A stretch of DNA of 64,000 bases from an uncultured Candidatus Saccharibacteria bacterium (GCA_964360335.1 CAYHVH010000001.1:23426-87425); one strand, 5' to 3'. Positions 46,213 through 54,914 are shown, counted from the stretch's first letter. Translations and numbers: made by a program. The notes: generated from the letters alone by a model not told the origin.

Positions 46213-48270
46213 ATGGCTGACCTTGTGAAACTCAAAGAACTCGCCAGGCTCGTTCGTTACTATATTCTGGTCTCGACCACGGCCGCGGGGTCCGGGCACC
46301 CAACATCTTCGCTGTCTGGCGTGGAACTGATGACGGCATTGATGTTTGGCGGCTATTTTCGCTTTGACTTGAATCGTCTGGGATACGCAAACAATGACCG
46401 GCTGATTTTCTCCAAAGGCCATGCCTCGCCCCTCTTCTATGCGCTGTGGGCAGCGGCTGGCGCGCTGACGGAAAAAGAGCTTTTGACTTTGCGCAAATTT
46501 GGCAGCCCTTTGGAGGGGCATCCTACCCCGGCATTTCCCTATACCGAAGCGGCGACAGGCTCTTTGGGACAAGGGTTGTCAATTGGCGTGGGCATGGCCC
46601 TTAATGCCAAGCTTGACCGGCTTCCCTATCGCACTTATGTGCTTTTGGGGGACAGTGAAATGGCCGAGGGCTCGCAATGGGAGGCGATTCAGCTCGCCGC
46701 GTACTATAAACTTGATAATTTGGTCGGCGTTCTCGATGTCAATCGTTTGGGTCAACGAGGGCAGACGATTTACGGGCATGATATTAAAGCTTATCAGAAA
46801 CGCATCGCGGCGTTCGGGTGGAAGACTATAGTCGTGAATGGGCATAATTTGAATGAGATTTTGAAAGCGTACAAACAGGCGACCCCCTCTTCATCTCCCC
46901 CTATCCCGTTTGACGGGACAGGGGGAGAAAAGAGAGGGGGTGGAAGGCCGGTGATGATCATTGCCAAAACCATTAAAGGTAAAGGAGTTTCATTTATCGA
47001 AAACAAAGAAGGCTGGCATGGGAAGGCGCTTTCCCCGGAGGATTTGAGGAAGGCACTACGAGAATTGGGGAAAGTCGACAAGAAGATGCGAGGAGAGATG
47101 GCAAAGCCGGAGAGAATTAGTAGACCGGAGACAGTAGATAGTAGATCGGAAAGCAAAGAAAAAATTAATTACAAAATCGGAGAAGAGGCGGCAACAAGGA
47201 AGGCTTACGGTAACGCCCTAGTCAGGATTTATCCGAAGTTTCCGAATATCGTAGTCCTCGACGCCGAGGTTTCCAATTCAACTTACGCGGAGATATTCAA
47301 GGAAAAATATCCGGACCGGTTTTTGGAGATGTTTGTGGCGGAGCAGAATATGGTGGGTGCGGCTCTTGGTCTTTCGCGGCGCGGCAAGATCCCGTTTGTT
47401 TCGACCTTTGCCGCGTTCCTGACGCGCGCTTTTGACCAAATCCGAATGAGCCAGTATTCGGCCGCCAACATCAAGTTTGTGGGCTCGCACGCCGGGGTGT
47501 CCATCGGCGAGGACGGGCCGTCGCAGATGGGCCTCGAGGATTTGGCAATGTTTCGCAGTATTTTAGGAAGCGTGGTTTTGTATCCTTCGGATGCGGTTTC
47601 AACCGATAAGCTTGTGGAAGCGGCAGCTAAGCACAAAGGCATTGTCTATATCAGAACAACGCGAATGGAAACCCCGGTGCTTTATTCCCCGGGGCAGGAG
47701 TTCAAAATCGGCGGGAGTAAAGTTTTGCGCCATAGCCGGAAAGACGTGGCGACAGTGCTGGCGGCCGGGATAACATTGCATGAAGCGTTGGCCGCTTATG
47801 AAGAACTCAAGAAGCAAGGGGTTTTGATTCGGGTGATTGACTTGTACAGCATCAAACCGATTGATAAAAAGACATTGACGCAGGCTGCCAAAGAAACGGG
47901 AGCGATAATCACGGTCGAGGACCATTATCCCGAGGGCGGGATTGGGGAAGCGATTAGAAGCGCTCTTTCTGACCTCCCTCCCCAAAGCATGGGGAGGGAT
48001 AAAGGGAGAGGTTTTCCGCCAGCCCGCCCCGCTTCGCTTGGCGAGGCCGGGGAGGCGGATCCGCCTTGGGCAGAGAAACTCCCTGGTAAAACCGACCTCT
48101 CTCCTTCTCTCCCCATCACCTGGGGAGAGGGTAGGATTATCTCTTTAGCGGTGCGCAAAATGCCGCGAAGCGGCAAACCGCAGGAGCTTTTGGATTATGA
48201 AGAGATATCGCGCGATGCTATTATTAAGGAAGTAAAGAGAATTGTTTCTAAATCGTCACCTCGAATTTAA
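46213..48270 (+). CDS. tkt: Transketolase with two in-frame palindromic insertions
   Basis: SGHP, SKGHA, LEGHP, TGSLGQG, GDSE..EG, KGKG..WHG, GEDGPSQM, EDHY. Confidence 0.95.
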   Translation: MADLVKLKELARLVRYYILVSTTAAGSGHPTSSLSGVELMTALMFGGYFRFDLNRLGYANNDRLIFSKGHASPLFYALWAAAGALTEKELLTLRKFGSPLEGHPTPAFPYTEAATGSLGQGLSIGVGMALNAKLDRLPYRTYVLLGDSEMAEGSQWEAIQLAAYYKLDNLVGVLDVNRLGQRGQTIYGHDIKAYQKRIAAFGWKTIVVNGHNLNEILKAYKQATPSSSPPIPFDGTGGEKRGGGRPVMIIAKTIKGKGVSFIENKEGWHGKALSPEDLRKALRELGKVDKKMRGEMAKPERISRPETVDSRSESKEKINYKIGEEAATRKAYGNALVRIYPKFPNIVVLDAEVSNSTYAEIFKEKYPDRFLEMFVAEQNMVGAALGLSRRGKIPFVSTFAAFLTRAFDQIRMSQYSAANIKFVGSHAGVSIGEDGPSQMGLEDLAMFRSILGSVVLYPSDAVSTDKLVEAAAKHKGIVYIRTTRMETPVLYSPGQEFKIGGSKVLRHSRKDVATVLAAGITLHEALAAYEELKKQGVLIRVIDLYSIKPIDKKTLTQAAKETGAIITVEDHYPEGGIGEAIRSALSDLPPQSMGRDKGRGFPPARPASLGEAGEADPPWAEKLPGKTDLSPSLPITWGEGRIISLAVRKMPRSGKPQELLDYEEISRDAIIKEVKRIVSKSSPRI
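46882..46941. repeat. Palindrome with nested TCCCGTTTGACGGGA in frame in tkt
   Basis: ACCCCCTCT..TCTCCCCCT[..]AGGGGGAGA..AGAGGGGGT; same family as 6110-6159. Confidence 0.88.
47975..48131. repeat. Composite paired boxC-like element with nested modules in frame in tkt
   Basis: TCCCTCCCCA..TGGGGAGGGA..GAGAGGT [CCGCC/GGCGG modules] CGACCTCTC..TCTCCCCATCACCTGGGGAGA. Confidence 0.9.
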
Positions 48271-48323
48271 TTCGGGAACCAGGATTAAAACTTCTGGATT
48301 CCCCGATTAAATCGGGGAATGAC
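48255..48323. repeat. GTCA...ATGAC double-hairpin element overlapping tkt stop
   Basis: GTCACCTCGAATTTAATTCGGG..CCAG..CTGGATTCCCCGATTAAATCGGGGAATGAC. Confidence 0.82.
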
Positions 48324-48328
48324 AAAGA

Positions 48329-49279
48329 ATGCAAATGGATCGAAATTTGGCTTTAGAATTTGTGCGCGTCACCGAAGCGGCGGCAATTGCCGCCTCCTCC
48401 TGGATTGGCCGCGGCGACAAAAACGCCGCTGATCAGGCCGCGGTTGACGAGATGCGCGCGCGGTTCAACCAGATTGATTTTGCCGGTACGATCGTTATCG
48501 GCGAGGGAGCCAAGGACGAAGCTCCGGAGCTTTACACCGGCGAGAAAGTCGGCACCGGCAAAGGCCCGGAAATGGATCTGGCCGTTGATCCTCTGGAAGC
48601 CACGGACAGTGTGGCCCACGGCCGCTACAACGCGATTTCCGTGATTGTCGCCGGGCCCAAAGGGTCACTCCTTTCTGCGCCGGATACTTATATGAATAAA
48701 CTGGCCGTAGGCAAAGCCGCTGCTAAAGTCGTGGATTTGGATTTTCCCGTAAAACAGAATATTGAGCGCGTGGCCAAGTCCTTGGGCAAAGACATTGGGG
48801 AAATTACGGTCGTGGTTTTGGACCGCGAGCGGCATGAGGGGTTGATCAAGGAAATTCGCGCTGCCGGCGCGCGGGTGCGCACCATCACTGACGGCGACGT
48901 GGCGGGCGCTATCGCTCCGTGCCTGCCCGAGTCGGGGATCGATATGCTTTTGGGAATTGGCGCCTCGACAGAAGCAGTGCTCGCCGCCGCGGCCATGAAA
49001 ATCCTGGGCGGCGAGCTTTTCTGCCGGTTTGCGCCTAAGAATGAGAAAGATCAGAAAGCAATTTTGGAGGCCGGGATCAAAGATCTAAATAAAGTCTACT
49101 CTGCTGAGGACTTGGCAAAGGGCAAGCAGTTAACCTTTACTGCCACGGGCGTGATTGACGGGCCGCTTTTAGAGGGAGTGCGGTTTGCGAAGCACCGCAT
49201 CATCACCCATTCGGTCGTGATGCGCGGGTCGTCTGGTACAATACGGTACATCACCACTCATCATCATACTACTAAGTAA
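48329..49279 (+). CDS. glpX: Fructose-1,6-bisphosphatase class II
   Basis: VTEAAA, GTIVIGEG.KDEAP, AVDPLE, LDR.RH, DGDV, ATGV.DG.LL.GV. Confidence 0.96.
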   Translation: MQMDRNLALEFVRVTEAAAIAASSWIGRGDKNAADQAAVDEMRARFNQIDFAGTIVIGEGAKDEAPELYTGEKVGTGKGPEMDLAVDPLEATDSVAHGRYNAISVIVAGPKGSLLSAPDTYMNKLAVGKAAAKVVDLDFPVKQNIERVAKSLGKDIGEITVVVLDRERHEGLIKEIRAAGARVRTITDGDVAGAIAPCLPESGIDMLLGIGASTEAVLAAAAMKILGGELFCRFAPKNEKDQKAILEAGIKDLNKVYSAEDLAKGKQLTFTATGVIDGPLLEGVRFAKHRIITHSVVMRGSSGTIRYITTHHHTTK

Positions 49280-49280
49280 T

Positions 49281-49331
49281 TGTCATTCCGGCCAAAGTTT
49301 ACCCCGCACTTGATGCGGAATGACAGGCAGG
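49281..49331. repeat. Collapsed GTCAT...ATGAC element with CCCCGCACTTGATGCGG module
   Basis: TGTCATTCCG..CCGCACTTGATGCGGAATGACA; module matches 67-85. Confidence 0.78.
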
Positions 49332-49369
49332 TACAAGTAAGTATTAATTACGTAATTAAATAAGTATTT

Positions 49370-50284
49370 ATGAAAAACTTAGGCTATAGTAAACCGCTTT
49401 TCATCCTTGCTTTTGATCACCGCTCGTCCTTTTTTAAGATGTTCGGCTACAAAGAGCCGCTGACCGCGGAGCAGGCTAGAGAAATTAGCGAGGCTAAGTG
49501 GCTGGTCTATGAGGGGTTTAAACAGGCCGTGGCCAAAGACTTTCCGCCGAAAGAAAACGCGGGAGTGTTGGTGGATGAACAGTTTGGGAAAAAGGTACAC
49601 CGTGAGGCTCAACCCGCCGGTTATTTGACGCTTTTGACTCAAGAGAAAAGCGGGCAAGATGAGTTTGACTTTGAGTATGGCGAACAGTTTGCCGAGCATA
49701 TTGAAAATCTTAAACCCAGATTTGCCAAGGTCCTGATTCGCTACAACCCGGAAAGTGATAAAGAGATGAATTTAAGGCAGCGAGAAAGGCTTAAGATTTT
49801 GAGTGGCTGGTGCCATGAGAAAGGTTACAAGTTTTTGATAGAGCCACTCATTCCGGCGACAGAGCAACAGCTTGCCGGGGTCGGAGGGGACCAGGCGCGT
49901 TATGATAACGAACTAAGGCCCGGGCTAATGGTCAAAATGATAGCCGAGCTGCAGGCAGGTGGAGTGGAGCCGGATATCTGGAAGATTGAAGGCCTTGAGG
50001 ATCCGAAACATTACGAAGAGGTGGTGCGCCAAGCCCGGACCGGCGGCCGGGGAGGAGTCTCGGCCGTGGTTTTGGGTCGCGGCGCGGATGCCGCGCAGGT
50101 GGAGAAATGGCTCAAGGCCGGAGCGAAAGTGAAAGGGATTATCGGGTTTGCCATCGGCCGGACGATTTTCTGGGAACCACTCTTGTCGTGGAAAGAGGGG
50201 AAGACGAGTCGAGAGGAAACCGTCAGGAAGATCGCGGAGAATTATAAACATTTTTACAAGGTGTTTGTTAGTAGCACAAAATAG
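49370..50284 (+). CDS. DUF2090/LacD-like class I aldolase-fold protein
   Basis: AFDHR, LVDEQFG, AKVL.RYNP, PDIWKIEG, VLGRG, GFAIGRTIF. Confidence 0.8.
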   Translation: MKNLGYSKPLFILAFDHRSSFFKMFGYKEPLTAEQAREISEAKWLVYEGFKQAVAKDFPPKENAGVLVDEQFGKKVHREAQPAGYLTLLTQEKSGQDEFDFEYGEQFAEHIENLKPRFAKVLIRYNPESDKEMNLRQRERLKILSGWCHEKGYKFLIEPLIPATEQQLAGVGGDQARYDNELRPGLMVKMIAELQAGGVEPDIWKIEGLEDPKHYEEVVRQARTGGRGGVSAVVLGRGADAAQVEKWLKAGAKVKGIIGFAIGRTIFWEPLLSWKEGKTSREETVRKIAENYKHFYKVFVSSTK

Positions 50285-50297
50285 TCTGAACCAGAAG

Positions 50298-50921
50298 TTG
50301 ATAGAGAATATTCACAAGTGTTTGCGTACGGTGGTTTCCCAATTTTATTACCGTCCATTTTTGTTTTTTAACGAAATCGGTTTTCATACTTACTGCTACG
50401 CAGTTTTCTATCGCAACCCCGTTTTCGCTAAACTTTTTACAACCCGTGACGGCAAAAACACCAACCTTATCCACCCTGAGTACGGTTCAATAAAAACTAA
50501 AATCGGCGGGAAGGGCAGGGCTTGGTATGATTTAGTTATCCTTAATCCCCGGTTCGTACAAGACAACGATCTTGAAAGAGTCGCCAACAATTATGGAACA
50601 GCGACGAGTTATAAACCGGATGACCTAATGGCGGTTCTAGAATTTAAGTACCTTAGATCTTCTTCTAAAGAATACGTTAGGCAACTGCAAAAAGATTATC
50701 ATTCCTTATCTAACGCTGTTGAAGCACTGAACAAATATATGATTGTTTTTGCCGATGTTAAAAGTCCTTTTGATTATTTTTCGGGTATGCAGTGGGACGA
50801 CCACACAAAACTCGTTTATACGGTTGTTGATTTTAGTCAAATTGGACGAAAGCAGATCAAAGTGCTTATTAAGCCTGATAATTTCTTAAAATTACCGGGA
50901 CAGTGGCTGGCGACGGTCTAA
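50298..50921 (+). CDS. Hypothetical PD-(D/E)XK nuclease-like protein (AT-rich)
   Basis: FNE, HPEY, YDLVIL, VLEFK, KDY..L; start uncertain (TTG 50298). Confidence 0.55.
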   Translation: MIENIHKCLRTVVSQFYYRPFLFFNEIGFHTYCYAVFYRNPVFAKLFTTRDGKNTNLIHPEYGSIKTKIGGKGRAWYDLVILNPRFVQDNDLERVANNYGTATSYKPDDLMAVLEFKYLRSSSKEYVRQLQKDYHSLSNAVEALNKYMIVFADVKSPFDYFSGMQWDDHTKLVYTVVDFSQIGRKQIKVLIKPDNFLKLPGQWLATV

Positions 50922-50930
50922 AAATGCCAT

Positions 50931-51827
50931 ATGAGGCCCTCAAATTTAAAAACCCGCATCTTTCTTGACTCTGGGGATCCGAACGAAACGCGTGAAGTCA
51001 TAAAGTTTCTCGGGTTTTTGGACGGTCAGACGACTAATCCCAGCTTAATTGCCAAGAACCCGGAAACGACCGGCAAGAAATTTTCCCAAAAAGAGATTTT
51101 GGAATTTTATAAAAAAGTCGTGGTTGAGGTTTCCGCTCTGATCCCCGCCGGTTCCGTATCAGTTGAGGTTTACGCTGACCCTTCGACAAGCTCAGGGGAT
51201 ATGTTAGAACAAGGTCGAGATTTTTTTTCTTGGATTCCAAACGCACACATCAAATTTCCGACAACCAAAGAGGGCCTGAAGGCCGCTGAAATTGCCGTTA
51301 AAGAAGGCATGCGCGTCAATTTGACTTTGTGCTTTTCCCAGGAGCAGGCGGCGGCCGTGTACGCGGCAACGAGGGGAGCAAAAAAAGGGCAGGTCTTTGT
51401 TTCGCCGTTTGTCGGGCGGCTGGATGATCGGGGGGAGAACGGGATGCAGCTCGTTGAGAATATTATCAAAATGTATCGGGCGGGAGACGGGCATGTGGAG
51501 GTGCTGACCGCGAGCGTACGGAATCTCAATCATTTGCAGTACGCAATTCAGCTCGGTTCCGACATCCTGACCGCGCTGTTGAAGGTTTTGAAGGAGTGGG
51601 CCGACTCCAATTTCCCTCCCCAGGCGTGGAGAGCCCCCTTCTCTATCCCTCCCCAGGCGAGGGGAGGGATTAAGGGAGAGGTCGAAACGGCAAAGGAGTT
51701 GAAGCCAATACCCTACCGCGAGGTTTCTCTTGACAATCCCTGGCAGGACTACGACATTCGTCATGAGCTGACCGACGTCGGCATTGAAAAGTTTGCCGCG
51801 GATTGGAACGCGCTTATCAAGCCATAA
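50931..51827 (+). CDS. tal: Transaldolase with in-frame repeat insertions
   Basis: FLDS, TTNPS, SVEV (Glu), IKFP, NLTLCFS, SPFVGRLDD (Phe), ASVR. Confidence 0.9.
   Translation: MRPSNLKTRIFLDSGDPNETREVIKFLGFLDGQTTNPSLIAKNPETTGKKFSQKEILEFYKKVVVEVSALIPAGSVSVEVYADPSTSSGDMLEQGRDFFSWIPNAHIKFPTTKEGLKAAEIAVKEGMRVNLTLCFSQEQAAAVYAATRGAKKGQVFVSPFVGRLDDRGENGMQLVENIIKMYRAGDGHVEVLTASVRNLNHLQYAIQLGSDILTALLKVLKEWADSNFPPQAWRAPFSIPPQARGGIKGEVETAKELKPIPYREVSLDNPWQDYDIRHELTDVGIEKFAADWNALIKP
51179..51197. repeat. CCCTTCGACAAGCTCAGGG mini-element within tal
   Basis: Encodes PSTSSG; related to 19149-19199 and 6476-6495. Confidence 0.6.
51613..51684. repeat. boxC-like unit with partial tandem duplicate in frame in tal
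   Basis: TCCCTCCCCAGGCG at 51613 and 51646; ends GGGGAGGGATTAAGGGAGAGGTCG. Confidence 0.9.
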
Positions 51828-51857
51828 AATAATATTCTTCGAACGGTATTTAACAAT

Positions 51858-52916
51858 ATGATGCGCGACGCGATTCTCAGTTTTCCGAAGCAGTTCCGGT
51901 TCGTCCCGAAGGTGGAAAACGGGCCGGTGAAAAAATACAAAAAATACATTGTCGCCGGCATGGGCGGTTCGCACCTCGCCGCGGATATTTTGAAGACTTT
52001 AAAACCGGAATTGGATATCATCGTACATAGTGATTACGGATTGCCGGCTTTTCTCGACCCCTCCCGGCCTTCGGCCACCCTCCCCTCGTCAGGAGAGGGG
52101 GGAAGTAAGGAAAAACGTCTGGAGAGGCGAATTTCGCAAACTTTGCTCATCGCGAGTTCCTATTCGGGTAATACTGAAGAGACACTGGATGCATTTGAAC
52201 AAGCAAGAAGTAAAGGAATCGCAGTGGCGGCGATTGCGGTTGGCGGCAAGCTTCTGGAACTGGCCAAGCAGTATCAAACTCCTTATGTTCAGATGCCGGA
52301 TACGGGGATTCAGCCCCGTTCGGCCCTGGGCTTCAATTTGCGAGCGCTTCTGAAAATCATGAAGCAAGGCGAGCTCCTCAGGCAGAGCCGGGAGCTGGCT
52401 AAAAGTTTGCAGCCTAAGAATATCGAGGAAAAAGGCCGAGCGCTCGCGCAAAAGCTAAAGAGTCGGATGCCGGTAATTTACGCGTCGCAAAAAAACTATT
52501 CGCTCGCCTATAACTGGAAAATCAAATTTAACGAGACGGGCAAAATCCCGACCTTTTACAATATTTTTCCGGAACTGAATCACAACGAGATGTCCGGATT
52601 TTCCGCCGCAGGCGGACCCGCCTCTGGCGGGGACGCACCCGATCCTAAAAGTTTGTCAGAAAAATTTTATTTTCTCTTTTTGCATGACAGCAGCGATCAC
52701 CCGCAAATCCAAAAGCGAATGGACGCAACCGCGAAACTTTATCGGGAGCGCGGTTTGCCAGTGGAAATTTTACCGATTCAGGGGGAGAACGCCATGCACA
52801 AAATCTTCTCCTCACTGGTCCTTGCCGACTGGGCGGCACTTTACACGGCCGAGGGATATGGGTTTGAGGCCGAACGGGTGCCGATGGTGGAGGAGTTCAA
52901 GAAACTGATTAAGTGA
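51858..52916 (+). CDS. Bifunctional phosphoglucose/phosphomannose isomerase (SIS) with in-frame insertions
   Basis: GMGGS, SSYSGNTEET, QPR.A, NE..K.P, PE.NHNE. Confidence 0.92.
   Translation: MMRDAILSFPKQFRFVPKVENGPVKKYKKYIVAGMGGSHLAADILKTLKPELDIIVHSDYGLPAFLDPSRPSATLPSSGEGGSKEKRLERRISQTLLIASSYSGNTEETLDAFEQARSKGIAVAAIAVGGKLLELAKQYQTPYVQMPDTGIQPRSALGFNLRALLKIMKQGELLRQSRELAKSLQPKNIEEKGRALAQKLKSRMPVIYASQKNYSLAYNWKIKFNETGKIPTFYNIFPELNHNEMSGFSAAGGPASGGDAPDPKSLSEKFYFLFLHDSSDHPQIQKRMDATAKLYRERGLPVEILPIQGENAMHKIFSSLVLADWAALYTAEGYGFEAERVPMVEEFKKLIK
52055..52102. repeat. boxC-like unit in frame in pgi/pmi
   Basis: CGACCCCTCCCGGCCTTCGGCCACCCTCCCCTCGTCAGGAGAGGG. Confidence 0.88.
52602..52631. repeat. 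Double mini-hairpin module in frame in pgi/pmi
   Basis: TCCGCC-GCA-GGCGGA CCCGCC-TCT-GGCGGG; second hairpin resembles 6436-6451. Confidence 0.82.
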
Positions 52917-52927
52917 CGGAAGTGCAT

Positions 52928-54607
52928 ATGAAAAAGTTTAACCTTGTCGTGTTCGGAACCTTGGTTGTCGTCGGGGCAATTTGGATAACGCTCAATTATT
53001 TACCCCAGCTCGTCGGTTTCATCAAGGGCATTCGGCCGGTCATCACCCCACCGCCGCGGGATATCAGCCGCCCCGGGGTCAATGATACTGACTTGCCTTT
53101 GAACCTGCCGGATAATTTCGGTATCTCGATTTTCGCTTCGGGAGTTGAGGGCGCGCGCGTCTTGACCTGGGACCCAATGGGGCGGCTGCTGGTTTCCCTG
53201 ACGAGCGAAGGCCGGGTGGTCGCTTTGCCGGACGAAAACGTTGACCATAAAGCCGATAAGGTGCTGGTGGTTACGGAGGGACTCAATCGGCCGCATGGCT
53301 TGGCCATGGACTGCGAGGGTAATGCGGCGGTCCAACAATGTAAGCTCTACATCGGCGAAACGAATCAAGTCAGTGTTTTTGATTATAACCAGAGCGAAGC
53401 TCGCGTCACTAATAAAAGAAAGTTAGTCGATTTGCCCTCCGGGGGAGGACATTTCACGAGAACTATTGCCTTTGGCCCGGACCAGAGGCTGTATGTGTCC
53501 ATCGGCTCGTCCTGCAATGTCTGCAACGAATCAGACGACCGCCGGGCCAAGATTTTCTCGATGAACAAGGACAGCAGCGATTTCCGCGAGTATGCGCGTG
53601 GGCTGCGAAACGCCGTATTTTTCACGTGGAGCTATGTGGACGGACGGATGTGGGCCACGGAAATGGGCCGTGATCATTTGGGCGACGACTTGCCGCCGGA
53701 TGAAATCAACCTTATCCGGGAAGGAGGGAATTACGGCTGGCCGACTTGCTACGGCAAAAACATTCACGATACCGATTTTGATAAAAATACCTACATTCGC
53801 AATCCTTGTGAGGAGCCGACGGAAACCGGCAGCCATGTTGATCTTCCCGCGCACTCCGCGCCTTTGGGGCTGGCTTTTGTTCCGGAAGAGGGCTGGCCCG
53901 AGGAGTATTGGTACGATTTGATTGTCGCTTACCACGGTTCGTGGAATAGAAGCGAGCCCACGGGCTACAAACTGGTGCGCGTCAAACTCGATGCCCAAGG
54001 AAATTACGAAGGGACGGAGGACTTCATTACCGGTTGGCTGGAAGGGGGTACAGCGCTGGGGCGGCCGGTGGACGTACTCATCCAGCCGGGGGGCGTGATG
54101 TATGTTTCGGACGACAAAGCCGGGGTAGTTTATCGCGTGACCTATGGGCATGATATTAGTACTCAAAGCTTCGAAGACTGCCTGGCCGCCGGCTACCCGG
54201 TAATGGAATCGTATCCGCGCCAGTGTCGGCTGCCTAGTGGAAAAACTCTAGTCGAGGACATCGGTAACGAGCTCGAGAAACAGGATTTGATTCGGATTAG
54301 CACCCCGCGGCCGAATCAAGAAGTCAAGAGCCCGCTTCTGATCGAGGGAGAAGCGCGCGGCACTTGGTTTTTCGAGGCGTCTTTTCCCGTGAGGCTTCTG
54401 GATGAAGAAGGAAAGGAGATTGCGATTGGGATCGCCCAAGCGCAAGGGGAGTGGATGACCGAAGAGTTTGTGCCGTTTGCGTTGAGTTTGAATTTTTCTA
54501 AGCCGGGAACCGCGAAAGGGACGTTGGTTTTGGAGAAAGATAATCCCTCTGGTCTCCCGGCAAATGCCGATGAATTACGGATTCCCGTGCGGTTCCAACC
54601 CCAATGA
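52928..54607 (+). CDS. Glucose/sorbosone dehydrogenase-family beta-propeller fused to C-terminal Gmad2-like Ig domain
   Basis: LYVSIGSSCN.C, GLRN, PPDEIN, NYGWP, AHSAPLG, HGSWNR, GRPVDV; C-term FEDC..AG.P.MESYPRQC and GEARG.WFFEA.FP. Confidence 0.85.
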   Translation: MKKFNLVVFGTLVVVGAIWITLNYLPQLVGFIKGIRPVITPPPRDISRPGVNDTDLPLNLPDNFGISIFASGVEGARVLTWDPMGRLLVSLTSEGRVVALPDENVDHKADKVLVVTEGLNRPHGLAMDCEGNAAVQQCKLYIGETNQVSVFDYNQSEARVTNKRKLVDLPSGGGHFTRTIAFGPDQRLYVSIGSSCNVCNESDDRRAKIFSMNKDSSDFREYARGLRNAVFFTWSYVDGRMWATEMGRDHLGDDLPPDEINLIREGGNYGWPTCYGKNIHDTDFDKNTYIRNPCEEPTETGSHVDLPAHSAPLGLAFVPEEGWPEEYWYDLIVAYHGSWNRSEPTGYKLVRVKLDAQGNYEGTEDFITGWLEGGTALGRPVDVLIQPGGVMYVSDDKAGVVYRVTYGHDISTQSFEDCLAAGYPVMESYPRQCRLPSGKTLVEDIGNELEKQDLIRISTPRPNQEVKSPLLIEGEARGTWFFEASFPVRLLDEEGKEIAIGIAQAQGEWMTEEFVPFALSLNFSKPGTAKGTLVLEKDNPSGLPANADELRIPVRFQPQ

Positions 54608-54876
54608 AAAGGTTCATTTATATAATCGCTTTTACGTTTTTGGGGATTCTCGTGCAGTTTATGCTGCACGCCATCCTGGAGATTTGGTATCTGCAATATC
54701 TCTTGGCGGATTTTCCAAAGTTTGGCTTCGGGCTTTCCTGGCAGCAGTGGTTTATCATTCATCACTTGAGCGCAATTGTTCTGTTCTTTGCCGGTCTGCT
54801 GTTCGGTTTTTGGCAGGGCATGTATTGGTGGGAACAAATTTACGTACGGCACCGTTACAGTAAAAAATCTTCTTGA
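54604..54876 (+). CDS. Small membrane protein
   Basis: Two hydrophobic segments; ATGA overlap with upstream gene. Confidence 0.7.
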   Translation: MKRFIYIIAFTFLGILVQFMLHAILEIWYLQYLLADFPKFGFGLSWQQWFIIHHLSAIVLFFAGLLFGFWQGMYWWEQIYVRHRYSKKSS

Positions 54877-54886
54877 AGGAGGGTAC

Positions 54887-54914
54887 TTGACAAACTTCCG
54901 GGGGCGGGTAAGAT
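54887..54914 (+). promoter_or_regulatory. Sigma70 promoter for rpoBC
   Basis: TTGACA-16-TAAGAT; SD GGAGGT before rpoB. Confidence 0.65.

Noticed and set aside
1214-52631. Protein insertions as inteins or self-splicing introns
   Set aside because: Far too short, no Cys/Ser...His-Asn intein ends, no group I/II core; they match intergenic DNA palindromes
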